Positions 52,819 to 64,000 of a DNA stretch of 64,000 nucleotides are shown here, one piece after another (the first letter of the stretch is position 1; each line of letters begins with the position of its first letter). The position numbers and the translations under genes were made by a program. This DNA comes from Octopus sinensis (lineage: Eukaryota), in NCBI RefSeq assembly GCF_006345805.1, contig NW_021832248.1, positions 6,969 through 70,968 on the forward strand, in the 5' to 3' direction. Below the pieces are notes generated by a model. It saw only the letters and a program-made list of their open reading frames with translations. It was not told the DNA's origin and did not search any database.

Positions 52819-54305
52819 GGAGGAGAGCTGGCAGAAACGTTAGCACGCCGGGCGAAACGCTTAGCGGTATTTCGTCTGCCGTTACGTTCTGAGTTGAAAT
52901 TCCGCGAGTCGACTTTGCCTTTCATCCTTTCGGGGTCGATAATTAAGTACACAGTTATGCACTGGGGTCGATGTAATCGACTTAATACCTATGTCTGTCG
53001 TTGTTTGTCCCCTCTATTTTAGCCCCTTGTGGGTAATAAAGAAATAGGTATTTTCGTCTGGCGTTACGTTCTGAGTTCAAATTCCGCCGAGGCGACTTTG
53101 CCTTTCATCCTTTCGTGGTCGATAAATTAAGTACCAGTTACGCAGTGGGGTCGATGTAATCGACTTAATCCGTTTGTCTCTCCTTGTTTGTCTCTCTGTG
53201 TTTAGTCCCTTGTGGGTAGTAAAGAAATAGGTATTTCGTCTGCCGCAACGTTCTGAGTTGAAATTCCGCCGAGGTCGACTTTGCCTTTCATCTTTCGGGT
53301 CGATAAATTAAGTACCAGTTATGCACTGGGGTCGATGTAATCGACTTAACCTATGTCTGTCGTTGTTTGTCCCCTCTATGTTTAGCCCTTGTGGGTATAA
53401 AGAAATAGGTTTTTCGTCTGCCGTTACTTCTGATTCAAATTCCGCCGAGGTCGACTTTGCCTTTCATCCTTTCGGGGTCGAAAATTAAGTACCAGTTATG
53501 CACTGGGGTCGATGTAATCGACTTAATACCTATGTCTGTCGTTGTTTGTCCCCTCTATGTTTAGCCCCTGTGGGTAATAAAGAAATAGGTATTTCGTCTG
53601 CCGTTACGTTCTGAGTTGAAATTCCGCCGAGGTCGACTTTGCCTTTCATCCTTTCGGGGTCGATAAATTAAGTACCAGTTACGCAGTGGGGTCGATGTAA
53701 TCGACTTAATCCGTTTGTCTCTCCTTGTTTGTCCTCTCTGTGTTTAGTCCCTTGTGGGTAGTAAAGAAATAGGTATTTCGTCTGCCGCAACGTTCTGAGT
53801 TGAAATTCCGCCGAGGTCGACTTTGCCTTTCATCCTTTCGGGGTCGATAAATTAAGTACCAGTTATGCACTGGGGTCGATGTAATCGACTTAATACCTAT
53901 GTCTGTCGTTGTTTGTCCCCTCTATGTTTAGCCCCTTGTGGGTAATAAAGAAATAGGTTTTTCGTCTGCCGTTACGTTCTGAGTTCAAATTCCGCCGAGG
54001 TCGACTTTGCCTTTCATCCTTTCGGGGTCGATAAATTAAGTACCAGTTACGCAGTGGGGTCGATGTAATCGACTTAATCCGTTTGTCTCTCCTTGTTTGT
54101 CCTCTCTGTGTTTAGTCCCTTGTGGGTAGTAAAGAAATAGGTATTTCGTCTGCCGCAACGTTCTGAGTTCAAATTCCGCCGAGGTCGACTTAACCTTTTA
54201 TCCTTTTGGTGTCCATGAATTAAGTTCCAGTTGTGTACTGGAGTTGATCTAATCGACTGGCTCCTTCCCCCGCGAAAATTTTGAGTTTTATGCCTAAAGT
54301 AGAAA
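52819..54305 (+). mobile_element. SINE family B with one head, seven tandem ~181-bp bodies and one terminal segment
   Basis: Units start near 52868, 53050, 53231, 53409, 53590, 53774, 53956 and 54141. Confidence 0.9.
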
Positions 54306-54500
54306 AGAATATTTTAAGTGAGGTTCTATAATACTTAAATTTATTTAATTTCTTCTGGTACAACTGCATTGAATAGGTGTCTTAAATGCCCACGATCCGA
54401 TAACATAAAATATACAAGAATACAATATAAAAGCATGCATACACATATGTCTTTGCATGTGCGTGTATATATATACATATTTCTGTGTGTGTTTGTGGGT

Positions 54501-54540
<40 letters not shown>

Positions 54541-55363
54541 TGTGTAGACATATAAATATATCACGTATATCCACATACATATATGAATATGAATATATAA
54601 CAGATAATGATACATAATATTGATCCTAATAAGTACAATAACAGAAGGAGGTGGAGGAGGAATCGAAGACTAGCGACGATAACAGCAGCAGCATAAACAT
54701 GAGCAGTTAAAAAAATGTGAAGGAAGTCAACACCAACAACAAATTATATAAAAACAAATAAGAGCACGAACGTATACGTTAAATGTCGTCAGTATGGACT
54801 GTTTGACTATAGGATAGCTGATGTGCTTGTTGCATAGCCGGTACGGCCTAATACTGAATACCTACACAGCTCTAATGTAGCAGGTGGCTATTTGTATAAG
54901 GAAATATGTCACTTATACCAGTAACTGGTATGAATGCACACCAAAAAGTTGAAGTAGATTCGTTTTTTTGTTTTTAATTTTGGAATAACGAGATCTTATT
55001 GAATAAGGAATACGGGAATAAGAAAAGAGAATATCACTGCACCAAATCTATAGGGAAAAAAAACTTAAGTTTAATTATCCTAATTGGCGTGGTTGTGAGG
55101 TTACGAAAGTCGTTTTCCAGCCATGTGTTTTTGGGTTAAGTCCCATAGTGTGACACTTTGGCGAGTATCTTGCTACAATAGATCGGAGCCGAACGTTTAC
55201 TCTCGTGAGTGCATTTGTTAGCCGAAAAGTGAGTGGAAACCGTTTGTATATGTATGCGTGTGTGTGAGTGTTTGTGTATACACACACACACACGCACACA
55301 CACACACACACGCACATATATATATATATATATATATAATCTACTTGAACTCTTTGGTGTGCA

Positions 55364-55736
55364 TTCAAAACACTCTAAATATGCATACATACTAACATAT
55401 ATACATACATACATACATACATACATGCATACATACGTACATACTATATACATACATTATATATATATATATAATATATATTATATTATAATATATATAT
55501 ATAGAATATATATAGGAGGGGCATTCCGTCGGTTACGATGACGAGAGTCGCAGCTGATACGGTCAATGGAACAGCTTGCTCGTGAAATTATGTGTAAATG
55601 GCTGCGCACTCCACAGACACGTGTACCCTTAACGTAGTTCACGGGGAGATTCAGAGTGGCACAGTGTGACGAAGATGGTACAACTCCTTTTTGCCAGCTG
55701 AGTTGACTGGAGCAACGTGAAATAAAAAATATATAT

Positions 55737-55781
<45 letters not shown>

Positions 55782-55896
55782 TGTGTCTATGTGTTTGTCA
55801 GGTGGTGCTTTTAAGTTAGACATGGCCTGGGCCTATACTGGCCGAAACCTATGAAATTTATCAAAGTTATATATAAATGTATGCATACATACATAC

Positions 55897-55929
<33 letters not shown>

Positions 55930-56341
55930 CATGTATGTGTGTATCGGCGCAGGCGTGGCTGTGTGGTAAAATCTTGCTTCCCAACTACATGGTTCCGGGT
56001 TCAGTTCTACTATAGTGTTTTCTACTATAGCCTCTGGCCGACCAAAGCCTTGCAAGTGGATTTGCTTGACGGAAACTGGAAGAGGCCCTCGTATATATAT
56101 ATATATATGTATGTATATATATATTTTTTATTTCACGTTGCTCCAGTCAACTTAGCTGGCAAAAATGAGTTGTACCCTCCTCGTCACACTGTGCCACTCT
56201 GAATCTCCCCGTGAACTACGTTAAGGGTACACGTGTCTGTGGAGTGCGCAGCCATTTACTCTCTTAATTTCACGAGCAAGCTGTTCCATTGACCGGCGTA
56301 CAGCTGCGACTCTCGTCATCGTAACCGACGGAATGCCCCTC

Positions 56342-56398
<57 letters not shown>

Positions 56399-56469
56399 AA
56401 TATATAATGTATGTATGTATGTATGTATGTTGTATGTATGTATGTATGTCATATTTAGAGTGTTTTGAA
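55364..56469. repeat. Inverted duplication (~380-bp arms, ~345-bp spacer)
   Basis: 55364-~55750 is the reverse complement of ~56095-56469, including a SINE D fragment with private mutations and the unique flank TTCAAAACACTCTAAATATG. Confidence 0.8.
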
Positions 56470-56668
56470 ATTCCTTGATACAGTTATACTATTTGGGAGA
56501 AGCTTTTTTCTCAAGAGTTAATATTGCGAAAAAGACCTTTTAAGAAGTCGAAAGACACTAATGTTTGGAAAAGATATCACAAAATGTGTGTAGGCTTTAC
56601 CTTATAACCGTGCAAGCACGTGTTAACATCTATAAAAGTTGCCTAAACACATTGTGTTGTGTGTGTGC

Positions 56669-56762
<94 letters not shown>

Positions 56763-56814
56763 GTATATTATATATATATATATATATCTATATATATATA
56801 TATATATATATATA

Positions 56815-59797
56815 CCTGCATGCAATCAAGCCTTATGCATAGCACTAACGGAAACGCACCTGAAACCGGATATAGGAGATGGCGGAGATTACACATACCA
56901 CAGTATGCTTACTACTACGGACCGACAGGAAGAAAGGAGGCATGGAGGTGTTGCTATGTACATCCTTGAGGACCTCACAACACCCAGGTCCTCTTGTCAT
57001 ACTCAAACTCGGTGTTGACACACTAATTGTACATATTAGGCAACTTGATGTAGTTGTGTGTGCTACATATCGCCCTCCAGATGCCCAAGCCATGTGGGCA
57101 AGTTTTAAGACTGCCTTATAAAAATAGAAGAAGTTCTAACCACATTAGAAAACACATAAGTGTACTTCTTATGAGAACTTCAATCTGCCAAATGTCTGAT
57201 GGCCCGATGGCCTTTCTCTCCTCAGGAATGACAAGATGTGAACGAGGACAGGCGAGATCCCTCCTGAACCTCATCACACCCTTACATGGAGCAGGTAATA
57301 CTCCACCCAACCACCGGGCAGGTAACACACTGGATCTCTGCTTCACAAATGACATGGATCTCATCCATAATGTGAAGTGACACCGACACTACTCTCGGAT
57401 CACAACATGATAGAGCTGACCTGTACGGGCCAAAAGAGAGCACGGACATGCAGCCTACAAGAAACCCAGAATCTTTCCAGCTTGAACTACCATAAGGCAA
57501 ACTGGAACAATTGAGAAAGAGATCCTCAAACAAAACTGGCCTAAATGTCTCTCCTCGCAGACATCGACGTGAAACTTCAACAATTCATGTCTGTAAGCAA
57601 GCCATATGCTACAAATGTGTCCCAGAGAGAAAGGCCACTGTAACAAGAACAAATCCCCAGAGAGAGGAAAATTTAATGAGACGGCGTACAAATTTTCAAA
57701 TCGCCTAAACAAACAGATTGAAAGCAGTGAAAAGTCCCGCCTAAAAATAAAACTGTTGGAAATCGAAAATGTCTGCAACTCTCCCATGAAAAGGAAAGAG
57801 CAGACAAAGAAGCCTGGGCAATAGACAACCAAAATCTAACCCCAGAGCTTTCTACAGGTAGCCAAAGAAACAGCTACGGTGCACTGTAGAATAGGGCCAC
57901 TCCTCGAAAAGGATGCACACTCACATGAAAACCCACTGAGGGTAAGTGAATACTGAATAATGATGAGCAATTCAAGAGTGTTTTCACTCCACCCCTGGGC
58001 ATCTCCAAATCACCAATCCACTGACTTTTTTACCACTGCAGATATAAAATCAGAGGCGGCGACGATAGATTACATCGATATAAAGGAAGACGATGTAACA
58101 AGGCTATAGATGAAATGAAAACAGACTCAGCTACGCTACTGGCCCCGATGGATTCCCGCAAATCCTCCTACAAGCATGTAAGAGAGTCCTAGCAAGACCA
58201 CTGCAGTTCCTCTTTCAGAGCTTCATTGCAGCTGGCCAAACTTCCAAGAAAACTGAAGGAAGGTAAAATATGCCCCATTCATAAAGGAGGTAGCAGAGCG
58301 AAAGCCAAGAACTATAGACCTATCTCTCTGACCTCACACATCAGCAAGGTCATGGAACGAATAGTCAGAAGGAAGCTGATCACCTTCCTTGAAGAGAATG
58401 ACTTGCTGCCCGACACCCAACAGGTGTTTAACTCAGCTCCTACAGGGAGAAGCTGTTTAACTCAGCTCCTACTACACTATGACTGGGTGCTGAAACGGCT
58501 GCCCAACCACTCAAATGTGGAAGTGATATATCTCGACTTTGCAAAGGCCTTTGATAAAGTCGATCATAGAATGATATGTCACAAACTGCGTGATCTCAAC
58601 ATAGTTGGAAAACTGGGAGAATGGCTTCATGACTTTCTGAAAGATAGAAGTCAGGTGGTAGTGGCCAATGGGGCCACTTCCATTAACACGCAAATAGTGA
58701 GCGGTGTTCCGCAGGGCACTGTTCTGGGACCACTACTGTTCATAATGGCCCTCTCAGACATGCCCTCAGCCACGCAGAGAGCCACGATCACAAGTTATGC
58801 AGATGATACAAAATTTTCACAGGCAATACAGAACCCTGAGGACACTAACACCTGCAATGTGAGCTAGACAAATATACAAGTGGGCCGAAAAGAATAGCAT
58901 GCATTTCAATGCTGAAAAGTTTCAAGCTCTATACTATCAGCATGCAAAACTAAATGCAATACCCAATCAATACACTGGACCCGGAGGAATAGCAATCCCA
59001 GAGGCACAATCAGTGCGTGACCTAGGTATTTACATGAGTGATGACGCGACCTTTCGTGTACATGTTGCTAAATTGGCAATGAAATGTAGACGACTGGCCG
59101 GATGGATCCTCAGAACCTTTAGAACAAGAGAACAAGAAACCATGATGGTCCTCTGGAGGACACTTGTCCTAAGCCACTTTGACTACTGCTCTCAGTTATG
59201 GTCACCACCCAGTGTCAAGTTGATCACAGAGCTCGAGGCGATCCAGCGTAGCTACACGAAGAAGATAGCCTCTATGCAGAATGTAAGCTACTGGGAAAGA
59301 CTCAAGAGATTAAAACTATATTCCCTGGAGCGTAGGCGGGAAAGATATGCCATAATATACATCTGGAAGATCCTGGAGGGAAGTGTCCTGAACCTTGGCA
59401 TCGAGAGTTACGCAAATGCCAGAACTGGGCGCCACTGCGTGGTGCCTAGGACTCCAAACTTGCCATCAATGTAGGACAAGATTCTGTGATAGCCTGGGCT
59501 TCCGAGGCCCACAGCTCTTCAATATCCTCCCGAAGAACCTGAGAGACCTGCATGGGGTGGATCAGATGTCTTTAAAATGAAGCTGGATCTCTTCCTGTCA
59601 GGTGTCCCAGATGAACCAACTTCACGGCAGGAGGGGCAGATGAGGGCAGCTGCATCGAACTCTCTCATGCACCAAATGGCAGTTGCTAGAAAGCCTTCAT
59701 GAAGTGAAACCAAGTAGCAACACCAAATGGCGGTGCCCCAGCATGGCCACAGCTCATAAGCTGAAACTAGAATCAATCAATCACTCAATCAATCAAT
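56815..59797 (+). mobile_element. CR1-clade LINE ORF2 (APE endonuclease + RT), frameshifted, (CAAT)n tail
   Basis: IALTETHLKP..RHGGVAMYI; YRPPD; DLCFTN..SDHN; PIHKGGSRAKAKNYRPISLTS; YLDFAKAFDKVDH; SGVPQGTVLGPLLF; YADDTK; VRDLG; LERRRERY. Confidence 0.9.
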
Positions 59798-59942
59798 ATA
59801 TATATCGAAATTGCGAGGATGATCCGGTTCTTGACTGAAGATTGAAGGCTTCGAATGTCCCGTCCGTGTTTTTTGTATCGTCTTCTAAATGTTTTGCGTT
59901 CTTGTCCCAGTTTGTGTTTTTTTACATATACACATACATACA

Positions 59943-59993
<51 letters not shown>

Positions 59994-60016
59994 TATATAT
60001 ATATATAATATATATA

Positions 60017-60067
<51 letters not shown>

Positions 60068-60676
60068 ATTATATATATGTATGTATGTATATATATGTAT
60101 ATGTGTATATATGTGTGTATGTGGGTATTTATATTTGTTTGACTTTGTGTATGTCTTTGTCTTCATACCGTCAGCTGACAACCGATGTTGGTGTGTTTAT
60201 GCCCCTGCAAAAGGGGCTCGATAGAATAAGTCCTGGTGTCGACTAAAACCCTTTAAGGAGGTCCTGTAACATAGCCGCAGTCAAATGACTGAAACCTGTA
60301 AAAGAACAAAAGAAAGGAATATATACATAGGCACTCCGTCGCTTACGACGAGGGTTCCAGCTCATCCGATTAACGGAACATATTGCTTGTGAGATTAACG
60401 TGCAAGTGGCTGAGCACTCCACAGACACACGTACCTGTTCAAATATTCAGTGTGACAGAGTGTGGTAAGGCTGACCCACTGACATACAGGTACTACCTGT
60501 AGATCGCTATCCAAATACCCCAGCTACTAAGCCACTCGCCCTCGTGCGCGCGCACGCGCACACACACATGTATATATATGTTTGTGTGTGTGTGTGTGTT
60601 ACGTTAAGTTACGAAGACGTAAACACCACCATCGGTTGTCAAGCAATGTTGGTGGAGAGAAACAGACACACAAGCA

Positions 60677-60713
<37 letters not shown>

Positions 60714-60826
60714 CACACATATATATATATATATATATAATATATATATATGCGTGTCTATTATATACATGTATTACATGTATTTATACACACGAAATTA
60801 CATATATACTTATATATTTATGTATT

Positions 60827-60872
<46 letters not shown>

Positions 60873-60889
60873 ATATATATATATATAAT

Positions 60890-61550
60890 ATAAATATACC
60901 ATATATACATATATATAAATACATACCTACATATATATGTATATACACATGCATATATGGGTACAGGACATCAAAAACCGTGGACAAAATAAGGAACGAG
61001 AACATAAAAAACAAAATCATTGAAAACGAACTTTTTTCGAACCAACGAAAGAAACAAATAGAGAAACGAGACAGACAACATAAAGAACATTCCCTTCCTC
61101 AGTTATCTCCTGTTTTATCTACTCCGCGTATCAAAGGTAAGGACAAGACAAATCTTCGTTAAAACAGTCCTTCCCGCAAAGCAAATTAAATAAAATTTGG
61201 GATATTTTGCGAAGGGTTAAAGTGGTAAGAAAACAAGACAGTGAGAACAAAACTGTAAAAACAAACGGAGAGGGCTGTTAAGTCAAGACCATGTGAAGTA
61301 GTGAAAGCTAGAATAACGAGCTTTGTGATGAGATAGATAAAAGCCCGTCTTGTCTTAAGGAAGGATGTGGAAGAAAGATGGATGGCCGTTAGTCACGTGT
61401 GAGCAACGAGAGAGTCAAGGAGGAAGAGTTTGAGAGGGAGGTAACGTTGAAGGGGAGAGGAGAAAACTAGGGAAAGGGTGGGAGAGAAACCAGAAAGGAA
61501 CATGAACAAGAGAGGGAGATAAACAGAGAAGAGATAGAATAAGAGTGCGC
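60890..61550 (-). repeat. Diverged copy of the 22196-23031 pLTR-like family
   Basis: Shared AAAACAGTCCTTCCCGCAAAGC.AATTAAATAAAA block and flanking blocks. Confidence 0.7.
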
Positions 61551-61593
61551 ATCGTACTTTGTGTGTATGTTTGTGTGTTTATGTATGTATATA

Positions 61594-62035
61594 GGCGCAG
61601 GAGTGGTTGTGTGGTAAGTAGCTTGCTAATTAACCACATGTTTCCGGGTTCAGTCCCACTGCGTGGCGTCTTGGGCAAGTGTCTTCTGCTATAGCCCCGG
61701 GCCGACCAATGCCTTGTGAGTGGATTTGGTAGACGGAAACTGAAAGAAGCCTGTCGTATATATGTATGTATATATATATATATATGTGTGTGTGTATTTG
61801 TGTGTGTGTGTATGTGTGTGTGTTTGTGCGTCTGTGTTTGTCCCCCTAGCATTGCTTGACAACCGATGCTGGTGTGTTTACGTCCCCGTCACCTAGCGAA
61901 TCGGCAAAAAGACACCGATAGAATAAGTACTGGGCTTACAAAGAATAAGTCCCGGGGTTGATTTACTCGACTAAAGGCGGTGCTCCAGCATGGCCGCAGT
62001 CAAATGACTAGAACAAGTAAAAGAGTAAAAAAGAG
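61594..62035 (+). mobile_element. SINE family A, full length
   Basis: GGCGCAGGAGTGG head, internal (TA)/(TG)n, tail ending AGTAAAAGAGTAAAA. Confidence 0.9.
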
Positions 62036-62299
62036 TATATATATTTGTGTCTGTCCCTGCCCCCACTTTTAGCAACAGCCGTATTAAGCACGCCGTTCAG
62101 TAAAAGGTAACGATTCGTTAACGATTCTACCATTTTTCACGGAGGCTGGCTGAGAGCTGAAGTTGACCTCATCGGCTAATGAAATTTGTACGTAAAGAAC
62201 CATAACTGAATACAGTAATGCATTTTGTTCGACACACCTACAACTTTTTGCCAATCCACCGCTTTGTATCTAGTAATAATTACGAAAATACTATTCCCC

Positions 62300-62310
62300 A
62301 TCTACTCTTT

Positions 62311-62349
<39 letters not shown>

Positions 62350-62350
62350 T

Positions 62351-62388
<38 letters not shown>

Positions 62389-62389
62389 T

Positions 62390-62455
<66 letters not shown>

Positions 62456-62540
62456 AACCACCACTACTACTACTACTACCACCACTACTACTACTACAAC
62501 TACTACTACAACTACTACTAATAATAATAATAACAACAAC
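62300..62540. repeat. (TAC)n/(CAC)n/(AAT)n microsatellite
   Basis: Directly visible. Confidence 0.95.
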
Positions 62541-62552
62541 AATAATAATAAT

Positions 62553-62912
62553 ACTCTTTTACTTGTTTCAGTCATTTGACTGCGGCCATTCTGGAGCACC
62601 GCCTTTAGTCGAGCAAATATTCTTTGTAAGCCTAGTACTTATTCTATCGGTCTCTTTTGCCGAACCGCTAGGTTGCGGAGACGAAAATACCAGCATCAGT
62701 TCTCAAGTGATGCTGGGGGAACAAACACAGACATACAAACATACACACACACACACACATACATATATACGACGGGCTTCTTTTAGTTTCTTTCTACCAA
62801 ATCCACTCACAGGGCTTTGGTCGGCCCGAGGCTATAGAAGAAGACACTTTGCCACGCAGTGGGACTGAACCCAGAGCCATGTGGTTGGTAAGCAAACCAC
62901 TTGCCACTCAGC
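62553..62912 (-). mobile_element. SINE family A with small deletions
   Basis: Tail 62553-62760, head 62768-62912. Confidence 0.8.
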
Positions 62913-63361
62913 CACAGATACACACAGATAGAGAAATTAAAGCCAATAGGCCAGATATAGTTGACAGAAATCATGAAGATAATAAAATGCTTTCTGATTG
63001 ATGACAACGTTTCTCTAAAGCAAATGGAGAAACTTTCAAAACACAAAGACCTGGAAATAGAGGTAACTTGAATGTGGAATCTAAAAACAGAAACAAATAC
63101 CTTCCACGCTGCAATTTCTATCATAGTAGGCGCATTAGGTATGATAAAAAAATTATTGAGACAAATACATAACAAAAACACCAGGACTTACAAATATATA
63201 TAACATACAGAAAATTGTACTACTAGGCACTTCATACATCCTACGCAAAACAATTTCAATACAGTAACCATAAGAGCATCAAACCAAATCACAGCACATA
63301 CCCAAGGCACACAGAGCTGCGCTCGGTAGTGAAGTGAAAGCACGCTTTAAAAGTAATACTA

Positions 63362-63364
<3 letters not shown>
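62913..63364 (+). mobile_element. R4/Dong-type LINE 3' end followed by (AAT)n
   Basis: IKANRPDIVDRNHED...EKLSKHKDLEIEVT*MWNLKT...IIVGALGMIKK...VLLGTSYILRKTISIQ*. Confidence 0.8.
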
Positions 63365-63434
<70 letters not shown>

Positions 63435-63507
63435 GTAATAATAATAATAATAGTAATAATAATAATAATAATGATGATAGTAGTAGTAGTAATAATAATA
63501 ACAATAA

Positions 63508-63554
<47 letters not shown>

Positions 63555-64000
63555 TGATGATGATGACGATGATGATGACAATAATGATGATGATAATGAT
63601 GATATCAACAATACTAATACTAATACTATTAGTAATGATGATAAAGATAATAATGATAATGTTAATAATAATTCCGTCAAAAATTATTGTAAAAAGATTA
63701 ATTTTATTCCCTTGATATTTGGTTCTCATTAGATTTCCTTGATTAAAATCAATTAATATTTCAACTCATCAGAGCATTTCCCTTGTGTATATATGTGTGT
63801 GATTAAGTGTGCGCATGAAAATCTGTGTGTGTGTGTGTGTGTGTCGCGCGCGAGATGGTGTTTTTGTGTGGCTGTATATGTGTCTAAGTATCTGTTTTCA
63901 AATACCTGTGCACGTGGAAGTATTTGTATGCAACTGTATATCTGTCTTACGAATTCATTTACAGATTTTTGTGCATCCGTAGGTGTTTGTGTCTTTGCCT

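Noticed and set aside
52868-54141. CRISPR-like regular array
   Set aside because: Units are whole SINE bodies without unique spacers; eukaryotic context, no cas genes.
59826-59862. CTGAAGA-TTGAAGGCTTC-GAATGTC candidate
   Set aside because: Core is incomplete (GAAT) and helix I absent; at most a relic.
63720-63782. Minus-strand CTGATGA..GAAA candidate
   Set aside because: No UH site and no helix I.

Overview
This is eukaryotic, very AT-rich, microsatellite-dense DNA. The SINE/LINE repertoire looks cephalopod (octopus-like); that is an inference from repeat families. No host gene can be called with confidence: most supplied ORFs are microsatellite artefacts, and only two weak minus-strand exon candidates were found. 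The window is a mosaic of tRNA-derived SINEs, degenerate LINEs (Tx1/L1, R4/Dong-type, CR1-type), DNA-transposon relics/MITEs and Penelope-like elements (PLEs). The main result is in the first 25 kb: about 17 minimal type-I hammerhead ribozyme (HHR) motifs in about 7 unrelated sequence families, mostly with palindromic helix III. They sit in (TA)n-embedded elements: a palindromic GIY-YIG Penelope 3' fragment whose HHR has a compensatory U3-A8 core; two ~540-560 bp tandem-plus-inverted retrozyme-like arrays; a 456-nt monomer with 52-nt terminal redundancy; and fold-back elements. Several share one architecture: a 5'-to-5' inverted junction with a ~90-110 nt 3' tail on only one arm. All structures were folded by eye. 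Frequent 1-bp indels between repeat copies suggest an incompletely polished long-read assembly, so frameshifts and palindromes need read-level confirmation.
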